Part shown: piece by piece, positions 53,464 through 62,131 of the stretch | Numbering within the stretch: the stretch's first letter is position 1 | Layout of the letters: every line of letters starts with the position of its first letter | Source: Andalucia godoyi And28 | Taxonomy: Eukaryota; Protista; Jakobida | Assembly (NCBI GenBank): GCA_009859145.1 | Contig: VRVR01000025.1 | Location: forward strand, 7,211 to 71,210 | Direction of reading: 5' to 3' | Length of the DNA stretch: 64,000 bases | Notes under the pieces: generated by a model | Databases searched by the model: none | What the model saw: only the letters and a program-made list of their open reading frames with translations | What the model was told of the DNA's origin: nothing | Made by a program: the position numbers and the translations under genes

Positions 53464-56400
53464 CTACTCGGCGACGACACCGACTTCTTGCTGGTCTTCA
53501 TCGGCATCATCCGCAGGGGCTGCGTCGTCTTCATCGACTTCGTTTCCACCAGCCTCTTTTCCAACAGCTTCTTCGACAACCAACCGGGTGTCACCCCGCT
53601 TTCCTCGGCTCTTCTCGGCTCCCTTTTCAAGTACGCATTTCATGTTCAGCACAAGCGATCGTTCCAATAAAACAGCCTTTTCTGCAACGGCCACGCGATT
53701 CGGAGACACGAGGGAAGACCGCTTGTTCACAACGGGACTCGACGTGTTCAAGGGAATGACGTTCTGGAGCTCCGCAACAAACACAACACCAAGCGCAAAA
53801 TCAGGATCGTCCATTTCGCTCTCTTTGAACTCTGACTTCCACGAACAGACAGTCTCGCGAAGAGTTGTCCAAAACATTGGTTCTGAGCCAAGTGCAAGCC
53901 AACTTGTGGCTGCGACAAGCTCGTGGATCCTTGTTGAATGGACGAGCAGCTCGGGGAAGTATCGGTCCTCCGCAACCAAAGTTGCGAGAAGCGCCTCGGG
54001 GAACAACCGAGAATACATCAATATAGGAATGGCAGCAACGGCACGGAACAGATCTTGCGGATTCGCGAGAGAAAGTGAGAGTGCAGGCAGAGGAATCGGA
54101 GCAACCGGAACAGCAGAATCCGTCATGAGCAGAGTGTGGCAAATTGCAATGTTTCCAAGAATGATCAGCGAGGACAAGAACGATTCAATTACTGGTTTGG
54201 AGGGCTTCTTTTTCCCAAGCGTGACTTGCACTTGCGCAACTTCGCCGACCGTCGACTCTAGAGTCTTGACAGCCTCTCGGAGCTTCTCATTTTGCGCAGG
54301 ATCCAGCACCCGCTGCACAAGACGCTCAGGAGCAACCCGTCCCAAAGTACAGACGCGCAAGAGATCTCGTTCCGTAAGCAACACGGAAATCGCAGAAGAG
54401 TTCACAGCAGTGTTTTGCGACGCCGCAAACGCAACCCAGCCACGGACCACTGACGAATACACGCCGGAAGCGGCCTTTGCAGAGAACCACACCTTGTGAC
54501 AAAAGGACTCCACGTGCTTGAATGTCCATACCTCCCGCAAACGCAACAGCGGTAGAATGGTCCTGTTGTTCGGCAACGAAAATAGAGCAGGCGGCGTCAA
54601 GGGGAACACATCATTGAGGGACAGCGGAAGCGGTATGCTTTGAACAAGGAATGCGTGCACAGACAAGAACATCTTGAATGTTTTCACGGACAAGGACGAA
54701 GGCAGCGGGCCAGCAACATTCTCGATCCATCGCACGACAGCCTGCGACCATTCATGCAGCAAGTACTCACGAGGACGCAGAATCAAGTGATTGATCTCAA
54801 TCGCCGATGCACACGCCATGTCCGTCCAGTCCGCTAAAAGCTGCCGGTGCATGAACGTCAGGGAGCGGAACGTCGCAGAACGGAAGTAAGCTCGATAATC
54901 AATCTGCCCCTCCACTCCGACATTTCCGCTGGAGGACATGGACGACGAGATGGAATTGGAAATGGAGCTCGAGCTGGACAACGCCGTTGACGACGATGAT
55001 GATGATGATGGAGCGACATTGTTGAACGACACTCCTTTGGCCTTCTTTTCCCGCTTCTGAATATCCTTGGGATACAAAGCACGCAAATCAGCATCAGGCA
55101 TGTACCTTGCTGCTTGCTCCAAAGTGATTTTGCTCTTCTTCAGCAGCGCCGCAAGGACCTTTGGATTCTGTTTTTGCATGCTATTCTTCTTCAACAAAAA
55201 CAGCTCTACAACTGGATCGACTCGAGCTGCATGGATCAAGTTGTCAATGCAATGCAACAACCGGTCTGCCAGAGACTTGGCGTGGGTAGTCAGCGCTTCG
55301 TGGACAGCGTCCAGGGAGGCACTCGTTTTTTCTCCCACAGACAGCGATGGATGCAAACTCGCCATAGCATTTGGGATCCAAGCCGCACATGTGGGAACCG
55401 CGGGATACAACAATAAAAACGAGGAAGAAGAAATGCCGGAATACGGTGCGCTGGTCGTCAATGCATTGGATGCATGCGACAGGAACGCTTGCGGCACTGG
55501 TGTGGCTGAATTCAGCGCCAACGGATCCAAGGAAGCACTGGACGAGAAATGCGATGCTGCATGGATGGGAACCGGGAGGATACAGGATCTGGTGCCCAGG
55601 AACGTTGCAATTGCACGAGCAGGATACAACGGAAAGGAGCCGACGCCCAATCCGACGCACATTGCATGAATGGCAGGCAATGCCTCGAGCTGTGTTGCAG
55701 TTTTCATGAGAGATGAATTTGAAGACACCTTGGCGATCAGTCGAAGCAAAGACAATATCAATGTCTCTCGCATCTCACAGAAGCTCCCTGGTCCAAAGGG
55801 GGTCGCCGTTGGTGCATTCAAGCGAGCAGCCTGTTTCAATTCCAGAGACAAACTAGTGAGGGCATCCACTAGCTGCGAATCCTGTCGGATTGTCGTCCCG
55901 GGTGCCTGTGCCGCTGCTGACACCGCTTCTGCTGCAGATGCTAGCAGACTTGGGTCCCAAGAATCGGCAACCACCGAATTGTCATTCTGGTTATGCATCT
56001 TTGCATAATTGACAGCAAACGTTCGCAGCATCTCAAAGGCAGTCTGCTCAATCGACCCGACGGTGACCGACGACGTATCCATGACGCTGCTTCCCGACTG
56101 AGATCCCGCAACCAATGGAACACCGTCCGAAACATCGCCCCCCGTGAAAAATCCATCTTCATAGTATGCAAGCGACAGAAGAACGACCAAGCCTCTCCAG
56201 CCGATCTTCAAGATCTCTGGATCGGCTTTGGCAGCATATACCCACCGAGTTATTACCTGGCGGAGCATCATCTTGCGTCGCCGATGCACTTGCAGACATT
56301 TATTGACCGCATCGCTCGAGTAACAAGAGCCTGCAGATCCGATGCCATACGCGACGTCCGTAATCGCTTTGAGCTTCTTCTTTTCAGCTGTCCACAGCGC

Positions 56401-57582
56401 TTCAAATGCTTGCGGTACGAGAATTCCAGGGATCTGAATGCGCATTGATACGAGGACAGGCACAATTGCAGGATCCACAATGGACAGCGGAAAAGCTCCC
56501 ACTTCGGAGATCAACAACCGCGCCAATGGCGCCCCTGCATACACGGTTGATGTGTCTCGTACGAGAATCTCGGGAAACGCAATCAATACAAGAACAGCAA
56601 GGCGCACGCACTCTGACGGAGGAACAAACCATGCAGCAGACACGTTATTGTACAAGCCCTTGTCGTTCATCAGGGGGGCAGTTTGCGTCACCGCAGATCC
56701 GGGCGGTGACACTGAGTTTGGTGTCACGGGTGCTCCAAATGAACCGGACACAACATGGGAAGACGGCGGAAGAGACGGAACTGCCGCTGCCGCCGAAAAC
56801 CCCTTTGAATCCCACGGCCAAATCCAGCTTGCGTTCATTGAGGGGTGCAGGACATTGGCCTGTCCCGTAGGAAACCCCTGATTGCTCGACGACATTGCAT
56901 TGGCGAGCATTCCAGTGATGGGAACCGACAGCCTATCGAGTGCATCACAGACGAGCTTTGACAAACTGGACCAAATCTCAAACCATCCTGTCTGTCCACG
57001 CATCACAAATTCGAGAACACGCTGGCATACGTCATTCGAATCACCGGAGGCACTGGCAGAACCGCTGTTAATAACCAGTGCAAGTCTTCGCAGCACAAAT
57101 GCCTGTGCCATTTGCTCGGCGCACAAGGACGCGACATGATAGACCACATAAGTCTCTGCAACATACTTGAGCATTGTGTGCGCAAAGAATGGGTGTGCAA
57201 CTGCAGTCCTCAAGTTCGACGCGCAATCTTCAAAGAGGGTAGAGGCAGCATTATGAAATTGCGCGAAATCCTCCAACAGCGAGCACAGATTCTGAGTTTT
57301 GGAAAGGATTGTCGCCACAGTGATTTGAATCTGAGAAAAGTTTGACAGCTTTTCAATGCTTTCCATCGGAGACAGCGCAGGATGTTTGTCCAGCAGTGTC
57401 TTTGCAAAGCGTGCATACACCTGGTCGTTCAGAATAGACAAAACCCCGCTTGCATCCACCCCGCAGGTAACGTAAGGAACGGAATTAGGCACGTTGTGCG
57501 ATGCATGGACTAGAATAAGACGCGTTGCAAGACGCACTGCATCATCCGTAAGAATGACTAGCCTGTCTGTAAGTCTCGACAT
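53464..57582 (-). CDS. NCKAP1: Nck-associated protein 1 / Nap1 / HEM family (WAVE regulatory complex subunit), divergent
   Basis: N-terminal LTDRLVILTDDAVRLATRL matches the family motif LAEKLTILNDRG-GMLTRL. Helical protein of 1372 aa with a basic central insert; the remainder is highly diverged. Confidence 0.55.
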   Translation of the reverse strand: MSRLTDRLVILTDDAVRLATRLILVHASHNVPNSVPYVTCGVDASGVLSILNDQVYARFAKTLLDKHPALSPMESIEKLSNFSQIQITVATILSKTQNLCSLLEDFAQFHNAASTLFEDCASNLRTAVAHPFFAHTMLKYVAETYVVYHVASLCAEQMAQAFVLRRLALVINSGSASASGDSNDVCQRVLEFVMRGQTGWFEIWSSLSKLVCDALDRLSVPITGMLANAMSSSNQGFPTGQANVLHPSMNASWIWPWDSKGFSAAAAVPSLPPSSHVVSGSFGAPVTPNSVSPPGSAVTQTAPLMNDKGLYNNVSAAWFVPPSECVRLAVLVLIAFPEILVRDTSTVYAGAPLARLLISEVGAFPLSIVDPAIVPVLVSMRIQIPGILVPQAFEALWTAEKKKLKAITDVAYGIGSAGSCYSSDAVNKCLQVHRRRKMMLRQVITRWVYAAKADPEILKIGWRGLVVLLSLAYYEDGFFTGGDVSDGVPLVAGSQSGSSVMDTSSVTVGSIEQTAFEMLRTFAVNYAKMHNQNDNSVVADSWDPSLLASAAEAVSAAAQAPGTTIRQDSQLVDALTSLSLELKQAARLNAPTATPFGPGSFCEMRETLILSLLRLIAKVSSNSSLMKTATQLEALPAIHAMCVGLGVGSFPLYPARAIATFLGTRSCILPVPIHAASHFSSSASLDPLALNSATPVPQAFLSHASNALTTSAPYSGISSSSFLLLYPAVPTCAAWIPNAMASLHPSLSVGEKTSASLDAVHEALTTHAKSLADRLLHCIDNLIHAARVDPVVELFLLKKNSMQKQNPKVLAALLKKSKITLEQAARYMPDADLRALYPKDIQKREKKAKGVSFNNVAPSSSSSSSTALSSSSSISNSISSSMSSSGNVGVEGQIDYRAYFRSATFRSLTFMHRQLLADWTDMACASAIEINHLILRPREYLLHEWSQAVVRWIENVAGPLPSSLSVKTFKMFLSVHAFLVQSIPLPLSLNDVFPLTPPALFSLPNNRTILPLLRLREVWTFKHVESFCHKVWFSAKAASGVYSSVVRGWVAFAASQNTAVNSSAISVLLTERDLLRVCTLGRVAPERLVQRVLDPAQNEKLREAVKTLESTVGEVAQVQVTLGKKKPSKPVIESFLSSLIILGNIAICHTLLMTDSAVPVAPIPLPALSLSLANPQDLFRAVAAIPILMYSRLFPEALLATLVAEDRYFPELLVHSTRIHELVAATSWLALGSEPMFWTTLRETVCSWKSEFKESEMDDPDFALGVVFVAELQNVIPLNTSSPVVNKRSSLVSPNRVAVAEKAVLLERSLVLNMKCVLEKGAEKSRGKRGDTRLVVEEAVGKEAGGNEVDEDDAAPADDADEDQQEVGVVAE

Positions 57583-57920
57583 CCCCTTTCTATATGTTGT
57601 CTTCTTTTTTTTTTTTTTTTTCTTCTTTTCTTCTCTTTTCTTTTCTTTTCTTTCCCCCCCTTCCTTTTTGACTAAGCGGTAAAGAACACTGGAGAGAAGA
57701 AGAAAAGGTGATGATGAAAAAAGAGATTCTTAATTCGAATGAAAAGGAAAAGGAAACCAAACTCAAAAGGCAAAAAACAAAAAAACCAAGAGAAGCATAG
57801 GGGAAAAAAGCTGGTTGGAAAAGCCTCTTCCTTCTGACCTTTTGATTGGGGGTCGTTTAAAATGGTGTGTTGGATGTAATTTGAAAATGAAGAAGAAAAG
57901 TCGATTCTGTTCATGTCGTG

Positions 57921-57993
57921 GTTCCCGTAGAATAGTTGGTATTTCGTCTCCTTGACACGGAGAAGGTCCTCGGTTCGAGTCCGGGCGGGAACA
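57921..57993 (+). tRNA. trnV(GAC): tRNA-Val, anticodon GAC
   Basis: Full cloverleaf: acceptor GTTCCCG/CGGGAAC plus A73; D arm GAAT-AGTTGGTA-TTTC; anticodon arm TCTCC-TTGACAC-GGAGA; T arm CTCGG-TTCGAGT-CCGGG. No encoded CCA. Confidence 0.95.
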
Positions 57994-58004
57994 AGCGCCT
58001 TCTC

Positions 58005-58013
58005 TTTTTTTTT
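58005..58013 (+). terminator. Pol III oligo-T terminator of tRNA-Val
   Basis: Run of 9 T starting 12 nt after the discriminator base. Confidence 0.75.
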
Positions 58014-58174
58014 ATGTATTTTTTTTTCTTCTTCTACCCCCCAGCGAGACAGTTTCTTTCAGCAGCAACAACAAAACACACAGATGACGACATTTTATTA
58101 AAAACAAATGCATAACATGAATTAAAATAAAAATAACAAAAAAGAAAGGTGCTCATATGCTTTCCTGAGGAATT

Positions 58175-59476
58175 TCACTTTTTGCACAGGACGTACAGAC
58201 CTTCCCAGAAGGACGAGCGTTCGGCCATGCGGGCAGCCCGAGTCCATTCTTCGTGAAGCACGAGACATCCTGTTTGCCACACGGACTCCGAGAAGAGAAT
58301 TCCCGAGGAGCCTTCAAAGAACTTCCGGACCATGATCACGCCACCTGGTGCAACACTCGCGGCGACCTTTTCCAGAGTCTCCGTAATTTGCTGCGGCGTC
58401 ATCCAGTCCATGATGTTGGACAAGGACACAAAATCATAGAGCTTCTTCGGAAGTCCATCCTCGTCAGCCTCGCCCTGAATTGCCTTTTCTGCTGCGCCAA
58501 CGACGAACGACAGCTTCGTCAAAAGCGTGTCACATTTAGTCGGAGGCAGCCAAGTCCAAAACTGAGGAGTATACACAACTGGCAACTGCTCGACATCCGA
58601 AGACGGATCATACTGGCTCGGATCCGCAAAGTTCAGAGTCCAATACGGATTACGCGCAACCTCTTCGGGCTGTGATCCGGTGCGCTTGTCCACGCAGATC
58701 GCACCAGACCTGGTGCCGCTGAACAGAGAGCCCAGCACGGCGGCGATGTCCACGGAGACATCAGCGGTGGTCTTCACAAACCACTGACGCCAGTTTGCAA
58801 TGTACTTTTCGGGCTTGAACCAGCCTTTGAGATTCTCGATTGCTCGCGCCTTTTGCATCTCCGTCATCTGCGAGCCCTTGAAGAACTTCCAGGCGTTGCG
58901 ATCAATGCTGAATGCATTCAGAACCACATTCTCTATTTCGGGGTTCGCCAAGATTGCCCCGGGGTTCGCCATGAGATCGACTCTTGGCTTCGAAGCTGCA
59001 AAGTCTCTGCGGAGATCCACAAACGTCTCTTCATTCTTGCCGCACGCACACAGTCGCTTCTTCAAGAACGTATCAATCCGTGAGTCGGCATTCCAAAAGT
59101 CGAAGGCGTCCTTTGAAAAACATTCTTTTCTTCCCTTCTCCAACACAGTCTGCAGCAGATCGCGCGCCCTTTCCGCGTCATAGTCCTTTGGAATCCCCAC
59201 CAGGTCCCACACTTGCTCGTACGACTCGAGGGTCGCAAAGGCCGCTCTCAGCAGCTGCGCAAAGTACAGCTGGAAAGGATTCATGTCGCACGCAACGACA
59301 CTGCCCACAATAGAGTCTGGGAGACACGCATACACAACCGCCGATTCTCCGCACGACGATATGCAAAACACCGACAGAGGACGGTTCACAGACATCAGAT
59401 TCATAACCGTCAGTTCCGCAACGCAGTCCTCCGTCATCCGCGTGAACAGAAACGGGGTCTCGTCCTTCAACGACAT
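58175..59476 (-). CDS. BtaA/DUF3419-family SAM-dependent 3-amino-3-carboxypropyl transferase
   Basis: FTRMTEDCVAE…FCISSCGESA…ACDMNPFQLYFAQLLRAAF and C-terminal YDFVSLSNIMDWM…VAPGGVIMVR match the BtaA pattern (ED…I-SGGCN…VD-NP-…LK-AA; LSD…DWM…PGG). Confidence 0.75.
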   Translation of the reverse strand: MSLKDETPFLFTRMTEDCVAELTVMNLMSVNRPLSVFCISSCGESAVVYACLPDSIVGSVVACDMNPFQLYFAQLLRAAFATLESYEQVWDLVGIPKDYDAERARDLLQTVLEKGRKECFSKDAFDFWNADSRIDTFLKKRLCACGKNEETFVDLRRDFAASKPRVDLMANPGAILANPEIENVVLNAFSIDRNAWKFFKGSQMTEMQKARAIENLKGWFKPEKYIANWRQWFVKTTADVSVDIAAVLGSLFSGTRSGAICVDKRTGSQPEEVARNPYWTLNFADPSQYDPSSDVEQLPVVYTPQFWTWLPPTKCDTLLTKLSFVVGAAEKAIQGEADEDGLPKKLYDFVSLSNIMDWMTPQQITETLEKVAASVAPGGVIMVRKFFEGSSGILFSESVWQTGCLVLHEEWTRAARMAERSSFWEGLYVLCKK

Positions 59477-59795
59477 TTGTGATCACCCCTCAATCCCCTT
59501 TCTTTTTACATCCACCCTTCACAAAAACAAAAATATAATTAATTGATTCAAAAACACCTTCGAGAGCAGAAATCAAAATCAACCAGAAAAAGAAAGGATG
59601 CCAGCGCCTTTCCCCCACTGTGCGCCCGTCGTAGTGATCAACAGCGAAGTCCTTTGCAAAGGACTTGGTATGCAAATGCATGGCATCTATTTTTATTTTT
59701 ACTGGATGTGAACTGCATGCATCCGGTAGGGCGGTTGTTGTGAAGGCGGAGAGGTAGGAGAGGCGAGCACGTCATAGAAGGTTGCTCGATCAAGG

Positions 59796-61544
59796 ATGAG
59801 TGGGAGCGGGAGTGGGAGTGACGGCAGAGGGCGTGTGATGAATGTGAATGTTGGCGTCTTGGGCCATGTGGACTCGGGAAAGACCTCGTTGGCGAAAGCG
59901 CTGTCTACGATCGGTTCGACTGCATCGTTTGACAAGTCTCCGCAGTCGCAAGAGCGCGGGATCACACTCGACTTGGGCTTCTCTGCAGTGCACACGACCC
60001 TTGGGCTCTCACGCGAGGCTGCCAACGGTGACGCCGCGGCGACTGGACGAAGAGAAGAGGAGGAAACACGGCCGCTGCAGTTTACGCTTGTGGATTGCCC
60101 GGGACATGCTTCGCTGATTCGGACGATCATGGGCGGTGCGCAGATCATTGACTTTATGATGCTGGTTGTGGATGCAGGAAAGGGCATCCAGACTCAGACG
60201 GCAGAATGCATGGTCATCGGGGAGATCTTGCAGAGACCGCAGCTGATTGTGCTCAACAAAGTCGATGTTTTCGATGGTCCAGATGCGGATGAAAAGGCAA
60301 AGAAGATCGCGGGGATGAGCGCCAAGCTAAAAAGGGCATTTTCAGGACTTTCCATGTTTCGATCCGCAAAGATTATCCCAGTGTCTGCAAAAACTGGCGA
60401 AGGAATTGCTGTCTTGCTCGACGAAATGAAACGCATGGTTCTGTCCGGGTCCATTCACCGAGTGATTCCCGGCCTGGAGTGGCTCTCTCTTTCCACGAAA
60501 AAGGAGGGTGGCGCAGAAAAGGAAGAAGCTGGACAAGGCGGTGGTGCTTCGTCGTCGACAAGCGAGGATGAGTTTCTGTTTGCGGTGGATCACTGCTTCT
60601 CAATCAAAGGACAGGGAAGCGTCGTAACAGGGACTGTTCTGTTCGGCCGAGTGAAACTCGGGCAGTCCGTACACTTTCCCGAGCTGCAGCTGGATCGAAA
60701 GGTGAAATCAATGCAAATTTTCAAGAAGCCCGTCCAAGATGCCGTGCTGGGTGACAGAGTTGCAATTTGCGTGACCAACATGGATGCCAGTGCGATGGAA
60801 CGCGGCCTCGTATGCTCGCCCGCGGGGTTTGTTTCCAAAGTAGGTGTCTGCGTCGCCCGAGTCAAAAAAGTGAAGTTCCACAAGCGAAACATTGATACTG
60901 GCGACAAGCTGCATTTCACCATCGGCCATTCAACGGTCATGGGCTCCGTGCAGTTCTTTGATGGAGCAACTGGCCAGCATGTCGACTCGTTGGTGGACCA
61001 GGGCGACAAGGATGACGATGCTCAGTCGTATGCGAATTCAAAAGTGGATGCCATCATTCGATTTGAGCACCCCGTTTGGATGCCTCCTCTTCATACTCAT
61101 CCACGTTTGATCGCCTCGCGACTGGAAACCGATGTGCATGCAAATGTCTGTCGGCTTGCATTCCACGGAGAATGCTCGCAGTTGTTCGCATCGGAAGATC
61201 AGATGCTAGCAGAGAACAAGATTCTCATTTGGAAACCGAAGAGAAAAGAAGGGGTGGTGGACCGCCTTTTGATCAACGAACGCAGCGTGCTCGCAAAAAA
61301 CATGTTTGAAAAGGACGCGGATCTGACAGTGTTTCAGGGTCTGAAAATCAAATGGGGCGATCGCGTGGGTGTGTTTGATGCGCCCTTTGGGAAAAGCGGT
61401 AAGTTCAAAGTGCGGTTCAATGGCGTTGACGATTGGTCACAGGCGGAGGAATGGGCCAAGACAGATCCATTGCTGCTTGAGTTCAGAAAATATGTGTTTG
61501 GTAACCCTCCTACATCTGCAAAAACAAGATTTGTACAAATGTGA
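59796..61544 (+). CDS. EEFSEC: Selenocysteine-specific elongation factor, eukaryotic type
   Basis: NVNVGVLGHVDSGKTSLAKALS…FDKSPQSQERGITLDLGFS, VDCPGHASLIRTIMGGAQIID, QTQTAEC, VDHCFSIKGQG, NVCRLAFHG, FGKSGKFKV. Confidence 0.95.
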   Translation: MSGSGSGSDGRGRVMNVNVGVLGHVDSGKTSLAKALSTIGSTASFDKSPQSQERGITLDLGFSAVHTTLGLSREAANGDAAATGRREEEETRPLQFTLVDCPGHASLIRTIMGGAQIIDFMMLVVDAGKGIQTQTAECMVIGEILQRPQLIVLNKVDVFDGPDADEKAKKIAGMSAKLKRAFSGLSMFRSAKIIPVSAKTGEGIAVLLDEMKRMVLSGSIHRVIPGLEWLSLSTKKEGGAEKEEAGQGGGASSSTSEDEFLFAVDHCFSIKGQGSVVTGTVLFGRVKLGQSVHFPELQLDRKVKSMQIFKKPVQDAVLGDRVAICVTNMDASAMERGLVCSPAGFVSKVGVCVARVKKVKFHKRNIDTGDKLHFTIGHSTVMGSVQFFDGATGQHVDSLVDQGDKDDDAQSYANSKVDAIIRFEHPVWMPPLHTHPRLIASRLETDVHANVCRLAFHGECSQLFASEDQMLAENKILIWKPKRKEGVVDRLLINERSVLAKNMFEKDADLTVFQGLKIKWGDRVGVFDAPFGKSGKFKVRFNGVDDWSQAEEWAKTDPLLLEFRKYVFGNPPTSAKTRFVQM

Positions 61545-61588
61545 AAATGTCTATCCTGCCTTATTCCCTGTTATTGTTGGCGCTTTTA

Positions 61589-61904
61589 TCGTCCCACTCA
61601 ACCGCTCTTGTCGGTTTCGGCCAGACTTGCGCGCATGAAGCCGGACAGCAACCCAAAAACAAAATGAAAAACGAAAAACGAAAAAACGAAAAAAACGAAG
61701 TAACAAGCAGCAGGTGGGAAGCAAACATGGCTTTTCACGAGTTTCAGTCGTGATCGACTCGACAGGGGGAATGTTTTGTCTGCGGCGTGTCGGCATCGCC
61801 AACGTGCAGGAAGAAGGAAACAAAACCACGAAGAAATAAAGGACGGACAACCAGGTTTTGCATGTTTTACATGCATGCACCTAGGAGTGTCCAAAACCTT
61901 TTTG
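61589..61904 (+). repeat. Dispersed repeat family 2, copy 2 (long form)
   Basis: Shares both ends with 5463-5619 and carries about 158 additional bp (61620-61777). Confidence 0.95.
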
Positions 61905-61965
61905 GTCAAATGCTTATTTTTTTAATAATTAAAAAATAATAACATTACGCTTACAGCTCGCTGTG

Positions 61966-62082
<117 letters not shown>

Positions 62083-62131
62083 TGACAAGAATGGTGGGTG
62101 GGAGGATAGTATCATACATCTCAGAACCCGA

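Noticed and set aside
61542-61667. eEFSec ends in UGA, and readthrough would add KCLSCLIPCYCW… (possible Sec autoregulation); ATGA-N11-AA occurs at about 61635
   Set aside because: The sequence after the AA cannot pair with the 11-nt arm and no GA quartet partner follows, so there is no SECIS. The protein is already complete at the stop.
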